64,000 nt of DNA from Lama guanicoe (taxonomy: Eukaryota), in contig MU053561.1 in NCBI GenBank assembly GCA_013239625.1, positions 436,826 to 500,825 of the forward strand, read 5' to 3'. Below the pieces are notes generated by a model. It made no database searches, was not told the DNA's origin, and saw nothing but the letters and a program-made list of their open reading frames with translations. Both the position numbers and the translations under genes were made by a program. Of the stretch, positions 26,230 to 38,480 are shown one piece after another. How positions within the stretch are numbered: the first letter of the stretch is position 1; the number at the start of each line of letters is the position of its first letter.

Positions 26230-26425
26230 GAGCTTCCACTTGGAGTCAGACCATCCGGGATCAAATCCTGACTCTATCACTTATTTGCTGTGGGAGCCCA
26301 GACATGACAACTCTTTGCCTTTGGAACAGGGGACAATGACAGTGCCTACTTCCCAGGGTCATAATGGGGATGAGTAGAATATATGTAAACTGCCTAGACC
26401 AGTTCCTGGCACACAGTAACTGCTC
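26230..26425 (+). mobile_element. MIR SINE
   Basis: ttggagtcagac...aaatcctgactctatcacttatttgctgtg...cctggcacacagtaa. Other MIR remnants are visible near 6.55, 19.1, 30.4, 31.35 and 43.2 kb. Confidence 0.65.
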
Positions 26426-26519
26426 CATAAAAGGTGAGGTGGTGGAAGGCAGGGCAGTGGAGATGGAGATGCGTTTCCAGGTGGAGCAGGGAGCATGCAT
26501 AGCTGTGACCCCGCGGGTT

Positions 26520-26845
26520 GAGGAGCAGGGAGGGGAGAGGAGAGAGAGGGAGGTGAGGGAGGAGGAGGGGGAGGAGAGAATGGAGCAGAGAGATGGACGG
26601 ACAGCCACAGACACAGAGAGACTCAAAAAGGCACATAGCCCAACAGAAAGAGAAAATTAGGAAGAGACAGAGACACCACGGGGAGCAGAAAGACAGTGAG
26701 AGAGAAATAGAGAAATAGAGAAACACATGGAAAGAGTCAGAAAGACACAGAGATGCACAGAGAGAGTTGAACAGGGAGATGCAGGCAGAGACAGAGAAAG
26801 ATACTCAAAAAAAGACAGAGACACGGAGACAAGGGGGAGAGAGCG
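26520..26845. repeat. GA-rich low-complexity purine tract
   Basis: Degenerate (GA)n/(GAGACA)n; it explains the overlapping spurious ORFs. Confidence 0.8.
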
Positions 26846-29043
26846 AGCACTGACTGTCTGGCCTCAAGTACGCTTGGGTTTTCTTGGCCCCGCCCACTCA
26901 TCCTCCCGTGTGTCCCTGGGAGCTCTGCTCTCATTACCTGGATTCAGCAAAAACAAAGACCCTGGTGCTGGAGAATCTGTCCTAACATGTTTGCCCACAG
27001 CATGCCAAGCAGAATCACTTCAGAGGTCACAGAAGAAATGAGAGAGAACTGAACTAGGAGCATCTGCTGTGATGCAAGGGGTCTTTATCCTCAGACTAAG
27101 TTCAGAGATTTGGGCTCCTGTCTCTCACCTCTTTTAGGATCTGCTTGGAAAGCGTGCTTCCAGATGTCCCTCAGCCTGTCCGTTATTAAAATTCAGTTCA
27201 TTTCACTTAGAATGGTAATCACTCATCAGACTTTTCCTTAAGAAGATCAATTTTTAAGAGTGAAGGGTCTCCTTTCCTTTTTTTTTTCCTCCTGATAAAA
27301 TAACCCAGGCATCCCCACCCTCTCATGATTTCTGATGCTAGATTTCCAATGTCTTGTTTTTCTGTGTTTATAAAATCCAAGGTTGAGAGGGTTGGTGGCA
27401 GAAACACAGATTTGTAAGTCACAGGACTAATCTGAAAAGCAGCTTTCCCACCTCACTGTGTGGCCTTGGGCAGGTGACCCCCTTAGCCGGCTTCCTCACC
27501 TCCCTAAATATGCAGTGTGGACAAACCACTTAGCATAGCGCCAGGCAGCAAGGAAGCACTTTATACACGGAAGCTGGAGAGAGCGGTGGCAGACGGGGCA
27601 ATCATGGCAGAGGGGTGCTCCTTTTATGTAACATCAAATGATGTTTGTGTCCCTAAAGGTAGTCGAAGGTGAGGCATTTAAGTCGTGAGTTTCAATGCTG
27701 CTTTCCCCAGAAACCTTTTCTGCTGTGCCTCAGCTGGGTGACCCACTGTCAACCAGCCGCAGGTACAAAGTGCAGCAGAAGCAAAGGATCTCTGTCCACA
27801 GTAGCACCGTGTTCCACGATGGAGCCGGGGCAGCTGCACAGGAAGATGCTCCCAGATGGGGCTGTAAGACCAGACTGTGGGCTCCCTTAAGCACCCAGAT
27901 GAGCGGAAAGCTTAGTGGAAAGCAGCAGGAAGCCCCTGGAGATTTGTAGACAAGAAATGAGACAGAACCGAAGAGTGGGGCACACCAGGGAACACAGTGT
28001 CTTCTGAGTGGGGAAAGAGGAGATGCTATGTGTCAACAACAGTTTGTGGACATTTACGGGGGGGAAGACCCCTGCCGCCCATCTGCAGCATCCGTGGAGT
28101 GCCACACTGTCACAAAGCCCAGACTCGCTAGCTCGGCATTGCCTTCCTCATCGGGGCCCTGTGCATTTCCAGCCGTCTCCCCCTCTTCATAAACCTCAGT
28201 TTCAGTGACTGGCCCATCCACCCATCCACCAGCTGGAAGAGCTTTTGCCTCTCTGAGTCACGATTCCCTTGGGTTCTAGCCCCTGACTCTCTCCTCTTTT
28301 CTACGGTTCTTGCCTGACTGACGCCCTCCACTGGAGGCAAATTTAAGTGCTTGCTCTTTCTCTGCACATCTTGCTCATTCTAACCACAGTCCATCTGCTC
28401 ACCCACCCCCTTTGCCTAAAACGCCCCCCTCTCTTTGCTACTGACTTTCAGTCCCCCGCCATTCTCAAGTTGCAGCCAAGTTGCCATCTAACCTGTCCTG
28501 TATCTTCCTAGCCAAAAAAGGTCTAAAACTACCCATTTATGCCCCACATCCACTCTTGCGATGCCTCCAATTATAGCTGTTTGATCTTGCTACCAGTTGC
28601 TGAGTTATGTCTTTTCCAATCCCACAACTGGGGAGATCACTGCCGGATGGTTTGGGAACCCACTGAGTCCACTATGAAATAGTCCTGAGTTAAACGCTGC
28701 CGATCACCTGACCCCCACAAGCCCCCGCTCTGACTGGAAGACGCCGGTGGTGCTTGGGGTCTCCTGGGATTAGTGTCAGTTCAGGGCCAGTGCCCAGCAG
28801 TCCTCAAAGAGCTGATTATTTCCTTTTCCCCAAGGCACAGTTACTCTGGTAAAAGGCCATAGTTCCCCTTGGAGAAGGCTGGGAGAAAGAATGGCCAATG
28901 TTTTGGCCGCCTAGAAGGATCCTTCCTCAAGGGCACACAGCCTCCCCGCCACCCGAGGGCTTCCAGGTCTGGAAACCGGCTCAAGTGTGGGAACTGACGG
29001 TTTCTGCCGTCATCACTTGTAACCGCCTCGTGTTTGTGTGCAG

Positions 29044-29138
29044 AGATCGTGAGGCCCAGCTGTGCTCCTGGGTGGTTTCACCACAGGTCCAATTGCTACG
29101 GATACTTCCGGAAGCTGAGGACCTGGTCTGACGCTGAG
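29044..29138 (+). CDS. REG4: REG4 exon 3 (EIVRPSCAPGWFHHRSNCYGYFRKLRTWSDAE)
   Basis: tgcAG acceptor, 95 nt, GTAAGA donor. Phase fits exon 2; encodes the C-type lectin N-terminus. Confidence 0.95.
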
Positions 29139-29475
29139 GTAAGAGACGTGGCCCGTGCTTGGGGAGGGTTCTCTAAAGCCAGGGGCCGCCCAGAGCTCCA
29201 GGTCTCATTTGACTCAGAATCCAGGGTCCTTCCTTGGCATTCTGAGACATCACCTGGCCAGTGAAATGGAGAGAAGAGGGCCAGGAACTCAACTAAGTAA
29301 ATTCTGTAAGCACGGATGGCGCCTGTGCTGTGTACCCAGACCCCAGATGGGCTGCCAAGACAGGAGAATGAGCAAGAAACAGCCCCACCCCCGAGGAGTT
29401 CACTGTCCTTGAGAAAGACAAATGCATGAATCCAAAGAGGCCAAGATGAGGAACTTACAGAAAGAATAATTGAAC

Positions 29476-29610
29476 GGGGGAGGGTGTAGCTCAGTGGTAG
29501 AGTGCGTGCCTAGCATGCATGAGGTCCTGGGTTCAATCCCCAGTACCTTCATTAAAAAAATTTAAAAATTAAATAAATAAACCTAATTACCTTCCCCCAC
29601 AAAAAAGAAG
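29476..29610 (+). mobile_element. tRNA-derived SINE (camelid Vic-1-like)
   Basis: GGGGAGGGTGTAGCTCAGTGGTAGAG (A box), GGTTCAATCCC (B box), tail aaataaataaacctaattacc. Near-identical to 63799-63925. Confidence 0.85.
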
Positions 29611-31648
29611 GCGAAGAAGAAGAATTTAATTGCTATATAAGATTTACTAGCAAGAGAGAAGCGTGTAGACAGGCCTGGAGCACAGGCCTCAGAGCCACCT
29701 GACAGAAGGTGAAGCTTTAAGCCAAGCCCATGGAAGGCCTTATGGTCTGCAGAGCCCAACAAACACATTGGTTTTATTTCACTGAGGCTTTTCTGAGAGG
29801 TCCCCAAATAGCCACCCAGAACAAGTGACCTCAGAGAAGTGTGGGGAGGCAGTGCCGCTGTCTCTCTGCATCGCGGTTGTTTAACTGAAGTGACTGACAG
29901 GGGGTGGGGCACCTGGGGAAACGTGGAGTGACCTGGGCCCGGAGCGGCCTCAGCGTCCCTGTAATGAACAGCTCAGCAATGAGGGCGCACCTCCCACATG
30001 ATAGCTACTGAGGAGACCGAAGTCCTTCTTTTCTGGACTTAAAAAGTGCAGAAGTGATGCAAGATCGTGACATTTCAACAGAAAATGGCAACGCCATCGG
30101 AACCTAAGTGACTTTCCCAAGATGACACCGAGAGGAGCCAGCAGAGCAAGCCCAGGGAAGCTGACCCTAAGGCAACGTTTTCTTGATGTGAATGATAGTT
30201 TTTAGAAAAAAAAAAAAAGTTCGTGGGGAGCAATGGGCTTCTCCTTAGTTCTTGGGAAGCAACTTGGAGAAATTCTGGATGGATGTTTATATGGCCTGTC
30301 CCTGGAGCACCCAACATTAATTCTGCCAAACAAAGAGGAAGTTACCTGTGGGAATTTGGAATAATATAGATTGAGTTTAAATCACAATCACGGTCTGCCG
30401 TGCGTTAGTTTCAGCTATACCTCGCTTTGCTGGTTCTCTGCAGAAAAATGGGGATAAAACACTTTTATCCTATGGGGTGGTTGGGAGGATTCATTAAAAG
30501 AACTTGCAAAAAACCCGTAGCACACAGTGGATGCTCATTTCAGATTTTCAAGGCAAAAATGGTCCACAGGCTTGATACCAAGCCTTAGCACTGAACCGGA
30601 GTGCAGAGGTGCCAGGAAGGACTGGACAAACCGACACCATGGCCATTGTGCTTACAGACTCCTAGCCGGTATTGACGGCCAGTCCTAGTTCACAAGACTC
30701 CTTGGCTCACAAGCCGATCGAGGGCACAGTGAAAATGTTGGTAGACCCCATCTTGGGCTGAAGAGACAGAGCTCCGAGTTCTAGCCATGTGACCTTACCG
30801 GGAAAATATCACTTCACCATTCCAAGCCTGTTTCTCTCTTCCGTCCCAGGAATCTTTTGTGACTGGTACACTCACTAACCCTTGACTGGTAATCCGGTTT
30901 CCATGCCTCACAAAGCTGAAGTCAAATGAAATTACGGGCGTAAAAGCATTTTGGTATCGTAAAGTGGTTGGCAAGTATGAGAACTAACGTCATTAAACAG
31001 TAATTACCTCTGATCCTGAGCAATCCTAAAGGCAAGCTCTGGAGTGGCAACCACGGCCAAAACCATGTTTTCATTCAATTAATGGAAGCTTTATCATGTA
31101 GGCAGACCCTGTAACACAACCCCAAAAGCGCATGAAATAAAGTACATGTGTCTGTCTATCTCTGCAGAATGTGTGTCTGTAAAATGATTTATTTAATTGG
31201 GCAATAAGTCTCTGGATAGAGAATGGCACACTTTACAATCAGTGGGTTCTTAGATGTGTTGAATGCAATATTATAATACATCATTATAACCATTCTATCC
31301 TTGCAATAATTCCCTTGTGTTGCAGTAACTACTTCCTCCTTTTTACAGATAAGGACAGCCTTAGAGAGGTGAAGTGACTTGTCAAGGTCACATACACTAG
31401 TGAGAGACAAGACTAGGATGCCAGCCGCTGGCACTGACCCTGAAGCTCGTGCCCTTGCCCAGAGCTGCCTCTTCCTCTGAGGCCTGACACCTGTGACAGT
31501 TGTGTTTTCTCCCACGGTGACAGGAAGTCTTCTGCGGGGCTTAGATCCCAAGAGGAGGTGGGGGCTGGCTGAGTCATGCTGCTTGGTGCTCTGGGGTTCT
31601 GAGGTGGGGGCTGTGCTTCTAAACCTCACGTCTTCTCCTGGCCCACAG

Positions 31649-31786
31649 CTCGAGTGTCAGTTGCATGGAAACAGATCCCATCTGGCCTCTATCCTGAATT
31701 TTAAGGAAGCCCACACCATAGCAAAGTACATACTTGGCTATCAAAGAGGCAAGCCCGTGTGGATTGGCCTGCATGACCCGCAGAAG
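31649..31786 (+). CDS. REG4: REG4 exon 4, copy A (LECQLHG...WIGLHDPQK)
   Basis: cacAG acceptor, 138 nt, phase 0-0, GTAACC donor, WIGL lectin motif. Confidence 0.93.
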
Positions 31787-32885
31787 GTAACCTCGGGAAT
31801 GGACCACAGATGGCCGTTGGGGAGGGGAGATAGATAGCCCCTCTCTAGCAAATGGTCCCCTGGCCCCTGATAAGGGGCACACACAATAGGCCTTCTTCAG
31901 TTTCATGCCTCCAATTGATAGAGGCCACAGCTTCAAAGTTAGGGAGGAAACAGTTTCCTCTACTTATAGACCTCCTATTTAATTGAAGTCCTCCCAACTC
32001 TTAGAAAACAAAATTACCAGCTTTTCAGAGCCTTCCAAAGAGAAAGTTGGTGTACGTATATATATATGTATACATGTACACACACACACACGTACGCACA
32101 GACCTGTTATATGACACAGCTTAACTAAATCCCCATCATATCTTGAGTTAAAGTTGGAAATCTTTAGCTATGCTTTTTGCTAGATGCTATCATGTTTTTA
32201 AAGTTATCCTTACCTTTCTTCACTGGACCCTCGTTTTGCTGTCCATCAATATCTCATTGTGAGGAACAGCATGTGAGGTCTTCGGGTGAGTCGCTGAGGT
32301 CTCATCGTGGGATCTTCAGTTTACTGATTCTTTGTGGGGCTTCTGTATTAACCTAAAAACACAAGGAAAACAAGGAGAAAAGCCCCAGACTTTCTGTTTC
32401 TTGATAAACATTATCACAGATGTTACAAATATTTTTTACAATTAATTTTACATTTTTATGTACTCATACTGCTAGCAATCAGAACTTACATTCAGAGACA
32501 GGATAAATATTTACATCTTTTCTACCAGATTTTTTTTTGCAATTTAATTCTTTTACATTCATGATTGAGGAAAGTGGCTCATAAGTTTCTAAAAATGTTG
32601 CAATGTCTCTACCTATCAAAGAAATGCAAATTCAAATAACAATATAATTTGACTTATCAGATTGTTAAGACTTTTGCTTTGTCTTAATGAATACTATTGT
32701 TAAGGATATGGAGAAATTTCCCAGTAAATGAGGGTGTAAATTCCTACAGCTGAACTATTTTTGGAAAGCAGTTTGGCAATGCACATGAATAGCCTCAAAA
32801 TATTCATGCCCTTTTACCATTAATTCTAGTCCTGGGATTCTATCTTCAGAAAACAGTTTTAAGTACAGAAACAGCTAAAATAAAC

Positions 32886-34240
32886 ATTACCTTCCCCCAC
32901 AAAAAAGAAGGCGAAGAAGAAGAATTTAATTGCTATATAAGATTTACTAGCAAGAGAGAAGCGTGTAGACAGGCCTGGAGCACAGGCCTCAGAGCCACCT
33001 GACAGAAGGTGAAGCTTTAAGCCAAGCCCATGGAAGGCCTTATGGTCTGCAGAGCCCAACAAACACATTGGTTTTATTTCACTGAGGCTTTTCTGAGAGG
33101 TCCCCAAATAGCCACCCAGAACAAGTGACCTCAGAGAAGTGTGGGGAGGCAGTGCCGCTGTCTCTCTGCATCGCGGTTGTTTAACTGAAGTGACTGACAG
33201 GGGGTGGGGCACCTGGGGAAACGTGGAGTGACCTGGGCCCGGAGCTGCCTCAGCGTCCCTGTAATGAACAGCTCAGCAATGAGGGCGCACTTCCCACGTG
33301 ATAGCTACTGGGGAGACTGAAGTCCTTCTTTTCTGGACTTAAAAAGTGCAGAAGTGATGCAAGATTGTGACATTTCAACAGAAAATGGCAATGCCATCGG
33401 AACCTAAGTGACTTTCCCAAGATGACACCGAGAGGAGCCAGCAGAGCAAGCCCTGGGAAGCTGACCCTAAGGCAACATTTTCTTGATGTGAATGATAGTT
33501 TTTAGAAAAAAAAAAAAAGTTCGTGGGGAGCAATGGGCTTCTCCTTAGTTCTTGGGAAGCAACTTGGAGAAATTCTGGATGGATGTTTATATGGCCTGTC
33601 CCTGGAGCACCCAACATTAATTCTGCCAAACAAAGAGGAAGTTACCTGTGGGAATTTGGAATAATATAGATTGAGTTTAAATCACAATCATGGTCTGCCG
33701 TGCGTTAGTTTCAGCTATACCTCGCTTTGCTGGTTCTCTGCAGAAAAATGGGGATAAAACACTTTTATCCTATGGGGTGGTTGGGAGGATTCATTAAAAG
33801 AACTTGCAAAAAGCCCGTAGCACACAGTGGATGCTCATTTCAGATTTTCAAGGCAAAAATGGTCCACAGGCTTGATACCAAGCCTTAGCACTGAACCGGA
33901 GTGCAGAGGTGCCAGGAAGGACCGGACAAACCGACACCATGGCCATTGTGCTTACAGACTCCTAGCCGGTATTGACGGCCAGTCCTAGTTCACAAGACTC
34001 CTTGGCTCACAAGCCGATCGAGGGCACAGTGAAAATGTTGGTAGACCCCATCTTGGGCTGAAGAGACAGAGCTCCGAGTTCTAGCCATGTGACCTTACCG
34101 GGAAAATATCACTTCACCATTCCAAGCCTGTTTCTCTCTTCCGTCCCAGGAATCTTTTGTGACTGGTACACTCACTAACCCTTGACTGGTAATCCGGTTT
34201 CCATGCCTCACAAAGCTGAAGTCAAATGAAATTACGGGCA
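32886..34240 (+). repeat. Copy of REG4 intron 3 segment 29586-30940 placed inside intron 4
   Basis: Colinear at offset +3300; about 13 substitutions counted by eye. Confidence 0.95.
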
Positions 34241-34495
34241 AAATGCAAATTCAAATAACAATATAATTTGACTTATCAGATTGTTAAGACTTTTGCTTTG
34301 TCTTAATGAATACTATTGTTAAGGATATGGAGAAATTTCCCAGTAAATGAGGGTGTAAATTCCTACAGCTGAACTATTTTTGGAAAGCAGTTTGGCAATG
34401 CACATGAATAGCCTCAAAATATTCATGCCCTTTTACCATTAATTCTAGTCCTGGGATTCTATCTTCAGAAAACAGTTTTAAGTACAGAAACAGCT
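34241..34495 (+). repeat. Direct repeat of 32622-32876 (255 bp)
   Basis: aaatgcaaattcaaataac...gtacagaaacagct is present on both sides of the inserted intron 3 copy. Confidence 0.93.
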
Positions 34496-34834
34496 TTATG
34501 AACACAGTTGTTCATAGCAGTATTCTTTGTAATAATTGCACATTGGAAACAACATAAACATCAATCAAGAGAATTAATAAGGTAAATTATGGTACAGTCT
34601 TACCACTGAAAAGATGTTTGGAAAGCAAGATACAAAGCTGAATATATATTTCAAAGGTCATCACATTTTTCAGTAGATAAAAAATATTGTGATAGATAAA
34701 AATAATTACACCAAAAGTAACTATACTTAATTATTAGTAAGGTTTTCCTCTTGGAGGTTAAACAGAATGACTTTCTTTTTTTCCCTTTTTACACATTTCC
34801 ATGCTTTCCTAATTCTTACAATGAAAACTGTGTA

Positions 34835-35115
34835 TTTTTTTTAATGACGTATAGTCAGTTTACAATGTCATGTTAGTCTCCGGTGTACAGCACAGTGGTT
34901 CAGTTAAACATACACACATACACACATATGTATTCCTTTTCGTATTCTTTCTCATTACAGGCTATTGTAAGATATTGAATACAGTTCCCTGTGCTATACA
35001 GTTTATCTGTTTTATGTATAGTACTTTATGTCTGCAAATTCCAAACTCCCAATTTATCCCTTCCCACCCCTTTTCTACCCTAGTAACCATAAGTTTATTT
35101 TCTATGTTTGAGTCA
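34835..35115 (-). mobile_element. L1 3' end, antisense (further copies at ~39312-39508, truncated, and ~40340-40620)
   Basis: Poly-T, gtatagtcagtttacaatg, gatattgaatacagttccctgtgctatacag; imperfect flanking repeat aactgt(gt)atttt. Confidence 0.75.
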
Positions 35116-35210
35116 AGAACTGTATTTTAAAGGGGCCCGAAGGGACACCTCGGCTGTGAGCAGGTGTGCAGACTGATCTGTACACGACTCCCATCTCCTG
35201 TCTCTTGCAG

Positions 35211-35316
35211 ACGCAGCAGTGGCAGTGGATGGACGGGGCCACGTATGCTTACAGAACCTGGTCTGGCAAGTCAGTGGGCAGGAACGAGTCCTGTGCTGAG
35301 ATGAATGCCAAGAACA
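35211..35316 (+). CDS. REG4: REG4 exon 5, copy A (TQQWQWMDG...SCAEMNAKN)
   Basis: ttgcAG acceptor, 106 nt, phase 0-1, GTAAGT donor. Confidence 0.9.
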
Positions 35317-35859
35317 GTAAGTCTTCCTGCCTCTCTTTCCAAATCGCAGCTCCTTCCCGCTACCCACTAAGAGTCAAAAAGAACACTCACTTCTCTTTGC
35401 CCCGTTTCACACCAGCAACTTTTTCCCTACAGGACAATGGCCTCATCACAGACATTATTTACCAACCTTCAGTCATCTGTGACCATTTTACAGTCTGCCA
35501 TATCAGGGTACCAGCTGTTTAGTTACTTATCTAATATTTTCTTTCAATCCATTCACTTTTTTCTTAAATACGTTTATTTCCAAATTCTAGTATATGTCAT
35601 GAGGGAGAACTATGTCACATTTGGGGAAACCCAGACTACAGGGAGCAAAAATGTGTGACTCCCTTCTGGCTTCTTGAGGGTGAGGGTCCCTCATAGGCCC
35701 TGGAAACACTGGCTTGGCCTGGGTGCTTCCCGCTGGTTTGTTTCCCTGCGTTTCATCTCCAAAACGCAGAGCCCAGAAGCACAGCTGCAGGCTGCACACA
35801 ATCCACGCAGGCTCCTCGTTTCTCTCGCCGGCTTCCATTTTTTGCTTTTTATCTAGTAA

Positions 35860-36072
35860 GTTACGGTCTTGTGGCCTTGGTACTGATGACGTTTGGGGGC
35901 AGGTAATTCTTTGCTGTGGGGGCCGTCCTGCACACTGTACACTCAGCTGCCAGGAGCATCCCCGCCGCCAACACACACACACAGGTTGTTCCAACCAAAA
36001 ATGTCCATTTAGCAAAATGACTTTGCTAAACGTCCCCTAGGGGGCAAAATTACTCCTATTTGAGAACCACAG
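35860..36072. mobile_element. MER20-like hAT element
   Basis: ggtactgatgacgtttgggggcaggtaattctttgctgtgggggccgtcctgcacactgt ... ggggcaaaattactcctatttgagaaccac. Confidence 0.75.
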
Positions 36073-37740
36073 CTAATAAGTGATTTGAACAGAAAACAGA
36101 ATGTCAAAGATGAAAAGGACACTTGATGCCAAAGAGGACAACCCACTGGATTTTAAGGGCAATTGTGTTACCAGGACTCCCCTCCTAGCCATGGAGCGAG
36201 CCTGGCACAGGGTCTGACTGAGGACTCAGGTGACAGAGCAAGCCCTGGGAAGCTGACCCTAAGGCAACATTTTCTTGATGTGAATGATAGTTTTTAGAAA
36301 AAAAAAAAAAGTTCGTGGGGAGCAATGGGCTTCTCCTTAGTTCTTGGGAAGCAACTTGGAGAAATTCTGGATGGATGTTTATATGGCCTGTCCCTGGAGC
36401 ACCCAACATTAATTCTGCCAAACAAAGAGGAAGTTACCTGTGGGAATTTGGAATAATATAGATTGAGTTTAAATCACAATCATGGTCTGCCGTGCGTTAG
36501 TTTCAGCTATACCTCGCTTTGCTGGTTCTCTGCAGAAAAATGGGGATAAAACACTTTTATCCTATGGGGTGGTTGGGAGGATTCATTAAAAGAACTTGCA
36601 AAAAGCCCGTAGCACACAGTGGATGCTCATTTCAGATTTTCAAGGCAAAAATGGTCCACAGGCTTGATACCAAGCCTTAGCACTGAACCGGAGTGCAGAG
36701 GTGCCAGGAAGGACCGGACAAACCGACACCATGGCCATTGTGCTTACAGACTCCTAGCCGGTATTGACGGCCAGTCCTAGTTCACAAGACTCCTTGGCTC
36801 ACAAGCCGATCGAGGGCACAGTGAAAATGTTGGTAGACCCCATCTTGGGCTGAAGAGACAGAGCTCCGAGTTCTAGCCATGTGACCTTACCGGGAAAATA
36901 TCACTTCACCATTCCAAGCCTGTTTCTCTCTTCCGTCCCAGGAATCTTTTGTGACTGGTACACTCACTAACCCTTGACTGGTAATCCGGTTTCCATGCCT
37001 CACAAAGCTGAAGTCAAATGAAATTACGGGCATAAAAGCATTTTGGTATCGTAAAGTGGTTGGCAAGTATGAGAACTAACGTCATTAAACAGTAATTACC
37101 TCTGATCCTGAGCAATCCTAAAGGCAAGCTCTGGAGTGGCAACCATGGCCAAAACCATGTTTTCATTCAATTAATGGAAGCTTTATCATGTAGGCAGACC
37201 CTGTAACACAACCCCAAAAGCGCATGAAATAAAGTACATGTGTCTGTCTATCTCTGCAGAATGTGTGTCTGTAAAATGATTTATTTAATTGGGCAATAAG
37301 TCTCTGGATAGAGAATGGCACACTTTACAATCAGTGGGTTCTTAGATGTGTTGAATGCAATATTATAATACATCATTATAACCATTCTATCCTTGCAATA
37401 ATTCCCTTGTGTTGCAGTAACTACTTCCTCCTTTTTACAGATAAGGACAGCCTTAGAGAGGTGAAGTGACTTGTCAAGGTCACATACACTAGTGAGAGAC
37501 AAGACTAGGATGCCAGCCGCTGGCACTGACCCTGAAGCTCGTGCCCTTGCCCAGAGCTGCCTCTTCCTCTGAGGCCTGACACCTGTGACAGTTGTGTTTT
37601 CTCCCACGGTGACAGGAAGTCTTCTGCGGGGCTTAGATCCCAAGAGGAGGTGGGGGCTGGCTGAGTCATGCTGCTTGGTGCTCTGGGGTTCTGAGGTGGG
37701 GGCTGTGCTTCTAAACCTCACGTCTTCTCCTGGCCCACAG

Positions 37741-37878
37741 CTCGAGTGTCAGTTGCATGGAAACAGATCCCATCTGGCCTCTATCCTGAATTTTAAGGAA
37801 GCCCACACCATAGCAAAGTACATACTTGGCTATCAAAGAGGCAAGCCCGTGTGGATTGGCCTGCATGACCCGCAGAAG
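37741..37878 (+). CDS. REG4: REG4 exon 4, copy B (identical to copy A)
   Basis: 138 nt and splice sites identical to 31649-31786; may be a false duplicate. Confidence 0.7.
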
Positions 37879-38480
37879 GTAACCTCGGGAATGGACCACA
37901 GATGGCCGTTGGGGAGGGGAGATAGATAGCCCCTCTCTAGCAAATGGTCCCCTGGCCCCTGATAAGGGGCACACACAATAGGCCTTCTTCAGTTTCATGC
38001 CTCCAATTGATAGAGGCCACAGCTTCAAAGTTAGGGAGGAAACAGTTTCCTCTACTTATAGACCTCCTATTTAATTGAAGTCCTCCCAACTCTTAGAAAA
38101 CAAAATTACCAGCTTTTCAGAGCCTTCCAAAGAGAAAGTTGGTGTACGTATATATATATGTATACATGTACACACACACACACGTACGCACAGACCTGTT
38201 ATATGACACAGCTTAACTAAATCCCCATCATATCTTGAGTTAAAGTTGGAAATCTTTAGCTATGCTTTTTGCTAGATGCTATCATGTTTTTAAAGTTATC
38301 CTTACCTTTCTTCACTGGACCCTCGTTTTGCTGTCCATCAATATCTCATTGTGAGGAACAGCATGTGAGGTCTTCGGGTGAGTCGCTGAGGTCTCATCGT
38401 GGGATCTTCAGTTTACTGATTCTTTGTGGGGCTTCTGTATTAACCTAAAAACACAAGGAAAACAAGGAGAAAAGCCCCAG

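Noticed and set aside
26261..27041. Cluster of E/R-rich and S/L-rich ORFs
   Set aside because: By-product of a GA-rich low-complexity tract and a MIR
29476..29550. tRNA-Ala gene (also at 63799)
   Set aside because: The tRNA-like head continues into a shared SINE tail, the acceptor stem is poor, and the 63.8-kb copy has a TSD
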